Origin: the human T2T-CHM13v2.0 reference genome, Homo sapiens
Direction: 5' to 3' (one strand)
Length of the DNA: 64,000 nucleotides
Assembly (NCBI RefSeq): GCF_009914755.1
Contig: NC_060939.1
Part shown: piece after piece, positions 43,902 to 57,859 of the stretch
Numbering within the stretch: the stretch's first letter is position 1
Layout: each line of letters starts with the position of its first letter
Notes under the pieces: generated by a model
Told to the model about the DNA's origin: nothing
Databases searched by the model: none
The model's input: the letters and a program-made list of their open reading frames with translations, nothing else
Translations under genes and position numbers: made by a program

Positions 43902-46900
43902 GTCAGTGGGGCGGCGCGGGCGCCCGGATCGCGCGGACGGGGTCGGCGCGAGCTGCCCGACCACGCCCCCGGAGTCCCCGATGGGGCGCGAGGTGGGGGC
44001 CGGGCGGGCCGGAACGCCCGGGGCCTCGCCCCTTCCCCTGCCGCTCCGACCCGCGGCTGGCCCCGCGCGTCGCGCGAGGCGGGTCTTGGCTCTCGGAGCC
44101 GGCGCCCGCCAGGCGACCGCGCCCCCGCCGGGCACGCCCCCTCCCCGGGCGCGCTCGGGTGGGGCCGCGGGGGCGGATATAGTCATCTGGGCTGGGGGCG
44201 GGGACCCCTCCCGGCCGGGAGGCGGCGCGGGCAGGTGCGGGCGGCCTGGGTGTGGACCGCAGGCGGCACTCGTGACGGTGGGGCGCCCGGAGCGGGGGCA
44301 GGGGACGCTCTCCGGGGTCCCTCCTCGTTTCCTCCCCCGCTGCCCGGGCGCGCGCTCAGGAGGGGAGGGGCCGGCCCCGGCGCGCGGCGGGCGAAGTTCA
44401 CGCAGGGACAAGGTTTCCTTCGCCACTCGGCACATTCTTCGCTCTCTTCTTCCTGTAATTTTTCCAGCGCTCTAAGGTTTAATTTGTCGTAACCAAAGTC
44501 AGCGGCGGCGCTTGGCGATGCGGGGGGCGGTCCCGGGTCCCGCTCCCCGCCTGCGGCTCTTTGTGGGAGCCCCCGCCCATCCGGCCCGGCGGGGGCGCGC
44601 CCGGCCCTAGGCTCCTCGGCCTCGAGGCTCTCTCCGGAAAGGAATGCCCTGGCCGCTGCCCATCCTCCGTGCTGCCCTCTCGCCTGCCCACCTTTCACCT
44701 GCCCTGGGCCGGTGCGGGGCGGGCGGCACCTGCACCAGGGCGGGCGCTGAGCCTCCAGCCTGGGGATCACCGCCCGCCCCCGCCAGCCCAGCGGCAACAG
44801 TTCCCACGCGCGGCCCGATACTTTGTAGTTGATTCATCTGTGGCGGTTCCCTCCCCCCTTTTTGTTTCGTTTTTAACATAAAGATGAAAATATTTTAATG
44901 GACGGCAATCCTTCCCCATTTTGGTGTAAAGAATTGTATGCTTCCTCTGAGCTCACGTGAGTTCTTCTGTGACACTCACCTCTTCTACCTTGGGGGCAGG
45001 CTCAAAACCCGTCTACTGAATACTGTTGTCTTGTGACCAAGGGTGGTGGTCTCTCATTTGTAAAATAGTTCACATAGTGATTAAAAGGCATAAAAAGAAG
45101 CTGCAGCCTTGGATACCCTAGAGCTGAAGGCCCCTTTTTTTTACCATTTGGAACTGAAAGGGCCCAAGGTCTGCAGGTGAGGCTTTCAGATCTCGGACTA
45201 ACTTTCCCCAGGGAGGCTTTTGTGGCCGCTCCAAACCACGTGGCAGGTGATGGGGTAGAGGGTGAGAGCGGGGCCATTTCTAGGCATTCGGGGTCAGTTA
45301 AGGGTGTGGGGGCTCAGGTTGGGGGTGGGAGTCAGTGTGGGCTCAGAGTTCAGCTCGGGACGCGGCTGCAGGGTGGGTGTGGCCCTGGGGGAGGGGCCAG
45401 GCTAGGCTCAGCTCGGCTCCAGGTGGATCCTGAGTATCGGGTGGGGGCAGCGATTGGGGCGTGGCTGGGGTTGAGATCCGCTTTGGGGGATGATGCCCGT
45501 GCTGGGCAGGATACTTAATGTTTGGGAAATTTTTCTACGGCCTCTGTCAGGGTGGCCTGCCACTCGGCAGCACCGGTAGCGGGGAATTGAGGAGGGGGGT
45601 GGCCGAGGGGAGGGGCTCGCCGTCGTGGGCGGGGCCGGCTTGTCAGGGCCTCAGCCTTGGGATGTCTTCCTGGTGGGTTCATCTCCCGCTTCAGGCTCTG
45701 GCCCCGCGCGAGCCTCTTGACTAGAATATTGGCGCAGGGGCTCTGGAGACCCGGGCCTCCCGCTGTAGGTGGGGCCAGTTTCCTCGGAGCGCCTGGAAAC
45801 CGAAGGCAGGCAAAAGAGCACGGGACCAACCCTTTGAGTGTCTGCAGTGTGCTACAGTGCTCGTTCTTGAAGCAGAGAAACTATTCCACCCTTAAGGTGT
45901 GCAGACATCAGAAGTCCTACCTCCAGGGTGGAAGCCGGCCTCCAAGTTGGAAGTGCACAGGGCTCCGGCAGCGGGGTGGCGGGGAGTTGGGAAGAATGCA
46001 GATTTCCGGGCCCCTGATGCCGACCTAGTACACACAGTTCCAGCGTGCAGTTGGGAGTGCATGTTACCGGTACCCCAGGTGACCCATTATGAGAGTTGAA
46101 CTGCCCAGAAACCTGCCTCTGGAGGGAGTCTGGTTCAGCATCTGGTGGAGGGCACCCCTGGGAAGCCCATTTCCAGCCCCTTCCCAGGTGTGCAGAGCAT
46201 AAGTAACTGGTGTTCCTCAAGGGAGAAGAGGAGCTTGCTGTTGGGGGAGAAAAGAGCATCTTGCAGAAGGGAGAAACCCAGGCAGGCCTCAGGGATGACT
46301 GAGAAGGCAGGGCACAAGGTGATGGCTTTGCTGCAGCCGTGGGCTCTGAGGTGTCCGTGGTTTGTGGGCCTCTAGCAGCATTGTGGGGTCTCTGCAGTCA
46401 GTGACTGAGGTCATGCCGGGCCCCGTACTCCATTAGGCTCGGGAAGGTGCCCCCGCCCCACTTCCCGCATTTCCAGGATCCACAGTAATTTCATGGCAGA
46501 GGGTGAATATCACAACCAGGAAGGTGGCCAGCTGCTCTGTGCTGTTCCTCTATGTGACCAGGGACCGGTTCCCAGATCTCCCTGCAACTTGGTGATGTCT
46601 GCCCTGACCACCTGCAAAGTCTTCAGGGACATGAGGTCAAGTATGTGAAGACCCTTTGAGAAGTGCAAGGGTCAGCCTTGACTCTGGAGGCACTTGTGGT
46701 CCCTTGGCCGTGGCTCTGCTCTGATTTTCCACCCCCACTCTCTGAACAGCTGCATGCTAAGAGCTTTCTGTCCTGGTTAGCTGTGTAGCAGTGTGGTTTC
46801 CCACTCCCACTCTTCCAGGAGTTATCCTGTGGACACATTGGTCTCTGTCACATTTAGGTAATTGTTGATATTATAACAATGCGTAATAACACAAAACCAA

Positions 46901-49229
46901 GAAAAACATCTTTGCAGCTCGTGCTACTTTATTATTTGGCCAATTAGAACTTCCGAGTCCAGACCTGGAAAGTTTGCTAAGAGGGGCTTAGGGGAGCAGC
47001 AAGACCAGGAGCAGATTTTCTTGGAACCTGAGGTGCTTTGATGCAGGAATTCAAGGACTCACCTTCGATAGGTCAGGCTGGGGCCCTCTTGAGGGCAGAC
47101 TGGTTGCCCAGATCCTGCCTCTGGAGAGTCCTGCGTGTTGTCCTGAATGGGGAGACTTGGCAGGCCCCCAGCAGAATGGCCACTTGGTCTTTCTTGGCAG
47201 AGAGACCCTGAATACATTTCTACCTATTTGTTCCCACAGAGAATTGTTTTCAAAACTGCTCTGTGCCCTGTTTTCCCTCCAGCGCTGGAGTCAAAACATC
47301 TCTCTGCATGCTGGGCCCTTTCTGGGTTCTGGGGGTCCCATGGAAAGGTGGGCACAGTGGCGTGCCCAGCCTTCCCTCCTGCAGAACCCGAGGCATGTTT
47401 GTGGTCACCTGGCCCTGTTTGGGGTGGAGGAGGGAAGTAGAGTAAGATCACATTCTGTCAGCCATTTCCTGTGATAATTTGGGTGGGGTTCACCTGAAAT
47501 TTATCTTTACCCACTGAAGCAAGGATTTGATCCTGACAGATTATTGCGACCCCTCCCCCAGGGCACACTCTGGCTTTAGAGACTTGTTTCCAAGCACACC
47601 GCCCCTTGGGCTCCCTGCAGGTCCTCCCTGATGCTGCTGCCTGGGAAAGCAGAGCAGAGGGCATCTGGCAGAGCAGAGGGCATCTGGGTGGGATCTCCTT
47701 TACCCAGGGCAAAGCCAGGCTTGTTGGTGGCCTGTGCTTTGTTCAGAGACACACACAGGCCAGTGGCTCAGCACGCCCACCCCTCCCTCTCGTACCCTCG
47801 CTGTCCCAGGCTGCCAGTGGCCCTAGTTGTGAAACTCCTCAAACAATGCAGAAATGTATGCAGCATGGGAGGTGCCAGCCTGCACCACCACCAAACCACT
47901 GTTACCCCGCGTTGGTGTTTTTCTTTACAGACCTTCTAGATGGATTTGCACATATGCATATGTGTGTGTCCACGTAGACATTTTGAAACATACTTAAATA
48001 GGATCCTAGCAAGTATCTCACTGCTGGCATTTTGTTCCGTGTGTTTGCTTAAATGAGGCATCTTCATTCTTTTTCACAGCCGCATGGTATTCCAAGATGT
48101 GGTTATATGGCTGCATTGTAACTTATTTACCCTTCACTTATGGAAAGGACAGCTACATTGCCTTTTTTTTGTTTTTTCTGCTATTACAAGTTGTGTAGTA
48201 GTGGACTCTGGTGTGTGTGTGTCTTGGTGCAGAGGAGCTGGCATTTCTGTAGGATTGAGACCTAGTGGTGGTATTGACAGGGTTGATAAGTGTTGGTTAA
48301 ATGTGTTGTGGAGTTACTGTGTTATGTTTTTCAAGGAAAGAGACCACACTTGTTAGTCCCCGCTCTGAGGGAGAGACCTATTGTGTCACGACTCCACCTT
48401 CTTGAAAATGTTTCCTTCTCCCAATTCTCCTTTTGCATGTGTGAGAACATTGAGAACGTTTAAAACAGTACCAGCAAAACCACTGTCACTCCCGCACGCC
48501 TGGTGGCTGGCTCTCTTGGCCATCTTCAGTTCTGGTTTTACAGAGATTGGAAAGTGTGTGGTGGGCGCTCAGCCCTGGAGCAGTAGGATGGGGGCTGGTG
48601 TGGCGCCATCTCCACTCCCCCCTTCCCCCTCGCTGAAAGAAGGCTGGAAGCTGTGCTGCCTGAGCAAACTGATAGGACGCAGTTCATTAAACCAGTAGCC
48701 TGTGTCTGGGGCTTCACATGTCTGGAACACAGCAGAGATGGGGGCCTGATCCTTCTGAGTAGGTGCCCTGAAGCCCAATTCTCAAGCTTCTGACAGCCTC
48801 CTGCCCTTAGATCCTGTGTGCTCCCACTTTACACATAGCTTTAATCTGATTGGTTACTGGGGAAGGGCAAAAGACATGGATGGCAGCTAAAGGCAGGGGA
48901 AGAAACAAACCAGCAGGTTGTTAACATATGCATGTGTAAGTGTGTGTGCTTAAATGGGTCATGAAGAAGCCCTACAGTCAACCAGCACTGGAACAAGCAT
49001 GGGGCCATTTGTGGAGAGGCACATGTTTCTCCGCAGCAATCCCTGAGGTCTGCATGAGAGACCCTGGAATAATGAACACTCTAGCAGGGATCTTGAGATA
49101 CCATGGCACTGTGAAGTGTGTTCAGTTTGTGCTTTCAGGAAGCAATTAAAATAGTTTTAAAAATAAAAACTTCTAGAATAGTACACTCAACTTTCACAAT
49201 CCTAAGACTTCCAGACTGTTTGCTCTAGG

Positions 49230-49430
49230 GGCCAGGCATCATTCTGTTTGTGTTAGTTTACATCAAGCTATCTAATCTTCACAAGGACCCTATGAAGTAG
49301 GCTCTATTATTAATACTAAATTTCAAATAAGGAAGCTAAGGCTCCAGTGCCTTAGGAATCATGCCCAAGGTCACACAGTAAGTGAGGGTGGAACAGGGAT
49401 TGGAGCTGGGGCTTGAGCCTGGGCAGCCGC
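49230..49430. mobile_element. MIR
   Basis: taatcttcacaaggaccctatgaagtagg...ataaggaagctaaggctc...gcccaaggtcacacagtaagtgag. Confidence 0.8.
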
Positions 49431-50520
49431 CCCCGAGGTGGGTGTACCTGCTGTGTCCTACTGCCACTCCTGTCTGGACCAGTGTTTCAGGTCACTGCAG
49501 GTGAGCAGGGCCCTGTGGTAGTAGAAATCTGGATGTCCCCAGCACACGGCTTCCCGCACAGATTTTTGCTGCTTCTTAAAGGTTGAGGGAGTAGTATAGT
49601 GAACACTCCTATACTCTTCCCATAGGGTCATTGGGTAATATTTTGCCACATTTTTCTCCTTTCCTCCTTCTCTTTTTCTTTCTAAAGAAAGAAAAATTAA
49701 TTTTTTGTCTATATTTTTCTCCCTTTTCCATCTCGCCTCTCTCTTTAAATATTATATATTATCTGATACGCAGTCCATATTCAGTTCCCCTAGTGATTCC
49801 TAAAATGTCCAGTATAGGATTCAGGATCCAGTTAATCACACATTGCATTTGGTTGTCCTCTCTAGTTTCCCTTAGTTTAGGATAGTTTCCCATCTTTTGG
49901 TCCTTTATTATGTTACGCTGGCATTTGAAGGCCCAAAGCCAGTTGTCTTGTAGAACAACTCACAATGTGGATTGGTCTGATTGTTTCCCGTGATCAGGTC
50001 TGGTTTAAACAAATTTTGGTCCAAAATATGGCACAGGTGATACTGGGCACTTCCATCGCCTCATGGGGGGGGGAGGGCATGGGATATTAGCCTGTCCTAC
50101 TGCAGGATCACATGGTTAAGGTGGGCGGCCAGGCTCAGCCCCTTCTGTCCACCTGGTTGGTTTCTACTCCATCTTCCAGCTTCCTTGACTGGAGAGATGT
50201 TGGGGGTTGGGTTCAGCTTTGGAAGGCTTTTGAAGTCAAAGGACCACCTGGAGGAGGCCTAGGTGCTCCTTTCCCCAAACAGACAAGACACCCTGATTTT
50301 CTTTTGAATGAAAATGGCTCCAGATGGTATTAATAGCCAGCTCAAGGGTAACTGTGAGTGTGTTCTTGGTCAGCCCACCTGAATGCCGGCCCTGTGGCCA
50401 CAGGCAGCCTGTCTCCTAGGGCTGGGGAGGGCCTACGGCGGGTGACACTCTCTAAGTCCTGGTGAGTCTTTATGTGCTTTCAAGAAATAAACAAAAATTG
50501 TCCTAAGTCCACACACCTGA

Positions 50521-51179
<659 letters not shown>

Positions 51180-51531
51180 TAGAAACACATATGGGTGTGT
51201 GTGTGAGTGGACGTGGCACCCTGCTCATGCTTGCTGAATGGGGGAGCATCCACACCTGGAACATAGTGGCTATGTGGAACTTCTGATTTCTAGTTCAGTT
51301 TTAGATCTTAGGTCCGTCTTCATCCCCAGCAAATGTTACCAGCTGTTTGTGAGGCAGGCTTTTGGGGGAGACATGAAGTTTGTTCAGTTGAAACTAGGGC
51401 TGTGGTGAAGGGGCTATGCCTTCACACCCTGCTGCCCTGCCCAGCAGAGTGACCGGCTCCTGTGTCCTCCACACTGCTTCAGTTCCCCTCCTGATGCAGG
51501 GCCAGGCTGTGATCGCCATTTGCTGTTGGGC

Positions 51532-51533
<2 letters not shown>

Positions 51534-51583
<50 letters not shown>
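51534..51583. repeat. (TG)25 microsatellite
   Basis: Perfect run. Confidence 0.98.
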
Positions 51584-51584
<1 letters not shown>

Positions 51585-53582
51585 TGGCGGGGCAGGGGGC
51601 GGGGGGAGGGCACAGCATGGCACCGAGCACCAGAAACACAGCCTTGACCAGTCCCTGGTTTTTACCAACATCTTTCTGGACAAACAAGACAGCACACTTG
51701 GCAGGGGGAGTATTCTGTTTATTGTTCTCCATTTTTGAAGTTCATCACACAAAAACACTTGCTAACCAGAAACTTGGCTGCACTCCGTGGCCATTGGCCA
51801 GTCTGTCCCAAGGTGACTTGTTTGGGGAAGCACTGAAGCTTGATGTCTCAGATTAAATGTCCTTATGCTGGTGCCACAGGGGTGTGGCCTACTCTGCATG
51901 GATGGGTGACCCTGGGTCCCCAGGCACAGGGCACAGGCTCGTCTCCTTGAAGCTGGAGCCCACGCTGCATCATGAAAGAGCTCTGCAAGAATTGAAGGCC
52001 CAGAGCAAAAATCGCTTACCAAAGAGCATGTGGCTCAGAGCCTACCTTGGCCTCCTGTCTCAGGAGAAGCTTCTAAAGGTGGAGTTGTGTCACGTGCTTG
52101 TCTCCTGTGAGCACAGGCCAGGTGGGAGGAAGCTTGGGAGTGGGGAGAGGATGACGTGGGCTCAGAGGAGCCACGAGCTTCTCCCCCGACCCCAGCGTAC
52201 ACTGGACACACATGGGAGGTGAGGTGATGCCTGAGCAGCCTGGCGAGTGGTCAGGGCCCTGGGTGGGGCCTCCTCATTCCCTTTTGGAGCACTGGCAGCT
52301 AATGCTTGGGGGGGCCACCATCCTTTCCCGGTCTGGCCTCGTTGGGGGACACATCTGTCTTCCTCCTGGAGTAAGGAGAGCCTGTGAACAAAGCAGTGAC
52401 CCCAAGACCTATGGCCACTGGGGATGGCAGGAGCCTTGTGCTTCCATATGTGGGTCCAAGCTGTGGATGGGGAGGCCAAGTGTCCTGGCATGTGGGAGGT
52501 GGTCAGGTGCTCCCTGGAGATCTAACAGGTATGCATGGGTTAGCGAGACCTGAGAGTCCTTCTTGGGCCACACCTAAGTATGTGCAGGGCCTGTGATACA
52601 GCCAGAATTTCCTCCTCTGATAAACTTCTCTGAGCCTTTCTACTTGTCTTTAACCCTTTTATTGTCTAAATGCTCACTAAACAAGAAAAATAATACAGGG
52701 AACTTGGTTTAGGGGTATTGGTAGAAGTTAAAGTTGATGGCAGAGCATGAATAGGGGTGTCTGCAAGGAATTGTTGGAAAAGAGATTGGAAATAGAGCGA
52801 AGGCGTATGTGAGTCTCAGAACCTGACTCCTTTGTTGACTGGGAGTGGGGCAGAGGGCATGGGTCCAGCAGGTCATTGGTCTCGGGTTACCAAAAAGGTT
52901 AAGGCTATTCACCTGGGCCACTGGCTGGGGTGCTGCTCAAAGCCAGGATCTGGGAGCCGGGGTCAGCACCTTGGGTGCACCTGGGCATCATAGCAACAAC
53001 AAACCCCAACACATTTTCAGGGACCAGGGCGGATAAATGGGAGTTAATGACATGGTTCCCACACATCCGAATCTGGGATATGTAAATGTGACACACAGTC
53101 TGAGCATTTGGCAGGCTCTCCATGGTCTTGCTTTGCATAGTTTGGCCTATCTGCTCTCCAGACTTACTGCCCCGTTGTCCTCACCTGCATGACTGTCCGT
53201 GTCTGGTTTGTTTACTCGTCATTGAAGGCATCCACAGGGGTGCCATCTGCCCCCATGTCCCTCTCTCACTAGGCATGCTAAGTGGCCTGCGGCAGGGCAG
53301 GCAGGGACTCAGATTCCCTCCATCCCATCGCTGAGGTCTTACTTCCTTCTTCCGCCCGCCTTACACGTGGAAGGTTTCTCCTGTGCTTGTCCACCAGTTG
53401 TTGTTTTTGTCTTCTAGCACGGATGGTGTGGCAGAAGGAGGCCTTGGACAGCAGCACGTTAGGACCCACAGGGGCTCTGGCCCCTTGCAGCTGTGTGTTC
53501 TGAGGGAAGATGCCCAAGGTTTTATTATCTTTTCCAGAGCGCCCTTTTTTTCTGCTTGCATGGCAGGCCCTTTCTAAAATTA

Positions 53583-53921
53583 CAGTCATAGGTTGCTTAA
53601 TGACGGGTGCGTTCTGAGAAGTGTGTTGTTAGGCAGTTTCGTCCTTATGTGAACATCATAGAATGCACTTACTATGCACACCTAAATGGCATAGCCTACT
53701 GCACACCTAGGCTGTATGGTGTAGCCTCTTGCTTCTAGGCTGCAAGCCGGTACAGTATAGTACTGTCCTGAATACTGTAGGCAACTGTAACACAATGGTA
53801 AGCATTTTGTATCTAAATATAGAAAAAGGTACAATTAAAATGGGGTGTCGTCTTATGGGACCAGCCTCTCGTCCCACGTGGACTGTCATTGTTTGAAACG
53901 TCATTATGTGGTGCATGACTG
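53583..53921 (-). mobile_element. Tigger3a/MER7 DNA transposon
   Basis: TA-CAGTCAT...ATGACTG terminal inverted repeats; homologous to 9871-10266. Confidence 0.88.
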
Positions 53922-54394
53922 TGCTTTGCTGCTTGGCCTAAGGTGCCAGGGCATTCTCTGGGTAAGCCTGAGGGGCTTTGCAGGATACCATCTTTTATCA
54001 AGGTTGAAATTAGTTTTAGCACTTTATTCTGTGTCCCCTTTGCGGCTGACAGAGCAGGAGCCTGTCAGTGTCTACTGTCACAGGTGTAGAGCTGCTGTGT
54101 TGGCGAGCAGGTAGGTGGTTTTCCTGAATTACTGTCAGGCTTTAGAGTCTTACAGGAAATACAGCCTTGGCTACTTATAGCTTGTGATTTGAAGTTTCCC
54201 TAATGATGGGCTGGGTAGTACACTTCAGCAGTTTGCTTTGGACAAATTGTATCATTCTTAAGTTCACTCACTTTAGCCTTTGAGAAATTTCAAAGTTTGT
54301 TTCCCTGATCTTCCTAGTTGCCCTGGATTATGAGCCAAGCGTTTGAATTCCTTTGCACATCTAGCACTGCACATGGCCTTGGAAGATGGACATT

Positions 54395-54490
54395 TATGTG
54401 AGTGTGTGCACGTGTATGTGTATGTGTGTGTGTATATATGCCCGTATTTGCAGCATGTGTGTATGTGCTTGTATATGCGCATGCACACGT
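54395..54490. repeat. Degenerate (TG/TA)n low-complexity tract
   Basis: tgtgagtgtgtgcacgtgtatgtgtatgtgtgtgtgtatatatg... Confidence 0.8.
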
Positions 54491-56715
54491 GGTCAGCCAT
54501 GCAGCCAAGTCTCAGAACAATCGTTCCACTGGAAGTAACCCAGTCTTGAGGCATCTGGCCAGGTGGTGCGGGCTGCAGCACAATGTTTGTTTCTCCCAGC
54601 CCTATGAACCCCAGTGGGGCTGCATCACTTAAAGGCCGGTCTCTACAAGAGCAGGGTAGGAAGCAGCAGTGCGTGCCCAGCCGTGGCTGTGTAGGCAGAA
54701 CCAGCCTTCAGGATGGAGGGTGGGACCCTGGAGCCAAGCCAGAGGGTGTGTACCCTTGGTCCCTGATGAGGTACTCCATCTTGGGCCATTCTGCCCCCTG
54801 GTCTCTCTGCTCCTCCTCTGCAAACCAGGGGGGCCAGCAGCCTGCTGGGATCCTGGCCCTGGCCGGGTTAATGGATGGGAACTGAGCTCCTTGGCTGCCA
54901 AGCTGAGGTTCAGTCTGGCCCCATTCTCACTTCCTCTACTCCCCCTTGTACTGTGGGATCTGAGCATTTCTTTAACAGCCTTCAGGGGTTTCCAGCCCTT
55001 AGGACAAGCAGCAGGTGGGTATACAGGGGAGCAGACCCCAGGGGGGCCTGAGGAGGGAGGGTGAAGGCACCCCTTCTTTGTGCTGTCTGTAGCTGCTCAT
55101 CCTGGGAGACACTGTGGGGGAGGCTGTGGCTTCCTTCTTCCGCCCTCTGGGGATGCCCTGGCGGCCTGTCCCTTGGGTGTTGGGAGGAGGTGGCTTGGCT
55201 GACTGTCCCTGCTCATGGTCAGGGTCCTCCTACACAGCAGAACTGGAGGTAAACACTGGGTTGCCTTGGCAACTGGGCTGTGCCATGGCTCCAAGTGCTC
55301 CTGGCTAGAGAAGTTCCCATTGTCTCAAGTTTCTAGGATGGGTTTCTATTTTGATTTTTTTTTTTTTAAATTAGCAAGAATGACTAAGATACCAAAATGT
55401 CTGACCTGGTTTCTATAATTTCTTAATAAACATTTGTCTTCCCTTTATAGGAGGAATGTTTTAGTGATTCATTGACTTTTCTTTTAGACGGTGGCAAGGC
55501 CCTGGTGAGGCAGTGCGGGGGCAGCACAGAGGACCCCCCACTGCCGACAGCTGGCACGGGAGGCTGGGAGAGCACTGGCCACGATCCAGGGACCAGGCAT
55601 GCTTACGTAGACACCACACGAGGATTTTATTGGCTTTGAGGCTAATTAAGTTCCATGGAAAATTTTGGGGAGATGCCTCTCCCCTGTGGGGGGTTCAGAT
55701 ACCCACAACTGGTGCTTCCAGAAGCTGTCTGAAGGCTGATGCGTCTGACTGAGCCCGAGGAGCGCCCTCCCACCCAGTGCTGCACTCTCCCGCCAGAGGC
55801 CTGGCCCCCTCCCTGCAGGTCAGGGCATGTGCTTGTTTATACCTTGTTGGTGTTTGCTGTTAAATTCTAACTGCTCACCTAGGTAGCCTGGGCTGGCTGC
55901 GCCCAGTGGATGTCCTCCCGCCCCCCGCCTGCTGTCTCGTGGGAGTGCCCCAGGTGGCACTTTGCTGTGGGAGATGCAGCAGCGGGCTCTCGTGCAGGCC
56001 TGACCCTTCACCTTGGATTTCACTGGGCTTCCCTGCTCTGCCCACCCATGGATTATCTTGTAAAGAGTCACCTGCCCCATGGAGGAGCCAGGTGAGGATC
56101 CAGGGAAGTGGCTTTGTTTATTTTACTGTCAGTAGGGCTGACCCAGGTTGCCCTGGTGGGTGGTGTGTCCTGTGAGCCTCTCTGCCTCTAGGCCTGTTTC
56201 CAGGGTCTCGTCTTCGTTGTAGGCCTGCAGGTCTATTTGGGTCCCTTCTCACGACTGAGGCAGGCTGAGGATGTACCCAGTTGGGCTGGGCTGCCTTGTG
56301 GGTCCTCTCTCCACTGCCCTCATGGCCAACCTCAGGCGTGAACCTGCCTACAAAGCCTCTCTGTGCAGCAGCAGCTGTGGCAGTTGCCAAGGGAGCTCAG
56401 CACCAAAAAAGATGTTCAGATTTGCTGCATTTGTTTTGGAATGAGTGCCTGGTGTTGCTTGTGCACACCCCAAGCCTCCTGGCCTTTCCAGGTTTCCCTG
56501 TTGAACAGGCAGCTCTCCTGCGGTTGGGTGGCACAGGGCTGTGGTGAGGGCCCCAGCATCCCTCCTCACCTGGGTGCTCAGTTCCTTTCTTGTCATCCTT
56601 TCTCTGTTTGTAAAGCAGAAACAGTCCTGCTAACATCACCCCCTTCAAAGATGTATGCAGAATTTGATTTTTTTTCCTGGAAAATATACTTTTTTAGTGT
56701 TTAAGAAAAAACTCG

Positions 56716-56990
56716 TGCTGGGCATGGTAGCTCATGCCTGTAATCCCAGCACTTTGGGAGGCTGAGGCAGGAGAATTGCTTGAGCCCAGAAGTTCGAGAC
56801 CAGCTTGGGCAACATAGTGAGACTCCACTGGGCATGGTGGTGCACACACCTGTACCAGCTGCTCAGGAGCCTGCAGGCAGGAGGATCACTTGAGCCCAGG
56901 AGGTGGCAGCTGCAGTGAGCCACGATCTTGCCACTACACTCAAACCTGGGCGACACGGGGAGATCCTATCTTAAAAACAAAAGAAAAAAA
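56716..56990 (+). mobile_element. AluJ lacking the central A-rich linker
   Basis: J-type ttgagcccag and gggcaacatagtgagac; left arm joined directly to ctgggcatggtgg. Confidence 0.88.
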
Positions 56991-57622
56991 TCTCAAGTCA
57001 AAGGTATTGAAATAGTATTGGAAAGTGTTAAAGGAGTCCAAAACATGAGCACACTTGGGAGTTTCACGGGAGACCCAGCGCCCCTGTGCCCTGTGTTCAT
57101 CCTGACAATTTGGGCTCTGGACCTGGAGCCCCGAGACATTGCTGTGTCTCTCTTATTGGATCGCCTCATGGAAGCTTGACTCCACAAATGTTGTATTTGC
57201 ATGACCTTCCTTGGGAGGCTCTCAGTGTTTTATTTTTCATCAGAGAAAGGCCTTCTTGTCTGTTGGTTCTTTGTTATCTAAACAGAGGCACTGTGGTGTA
57301 GTGATGAGGAGCCCTGGCCTCAGAGTGGGACAGGCTGAGCCCATCTCTGGGTTTTCACTGTGAAGTGGGTCTGGTCATGCTGCCTCTAGGAGCAGAGGGG
57401 TAGAATGTGGGTGAGGCACCCAGTAGGAGGGGTGTGTGTGCGTGTGTGTTCACGTGTGTGTACGTGTGTGTGTCGGGTAAGTGGTGATTAACTTGCAAGA
57501 GCAAAATTTCACCCCCTGCAGTATTGTTCATGGGTACCTAAATGAACAGACAGGTTTGCTGTCTTCTCTTTTGAAAAGAAACAGACACATAGACAATTCA
57601 GAATCTTTTTTTTTTTTTTTGA

Positions 57623-57859
<237 letters not shown>

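Larger units (their letters stand above)
41690..44830. promoter_or_regulatory. CpG island spanning KLF13 promoter, exon 1 and start of intron 1
   Basis: Very high GC with dense CpG (many CGCG, GCGGCCGC, CCGCCC) against CpG-depleted flanks; edges approximate. Confidence 0.95.

Noticed and set aside
41611-44881. Long overlapping ORFs on both strands in the CpG island (230, 212, 246, 262, 204 aa)
   Set aside because: Arg/Gly/Pro/Ala-rich products expected from stop-codon scarcity at very high GC; no recognisable domains; many lack a real ATG.
46028-46042. GRE-like AGTACAcacAGTTCC
   Set aside because: Mismatch at a key position of the second half-site; not supportable without ChIP data.
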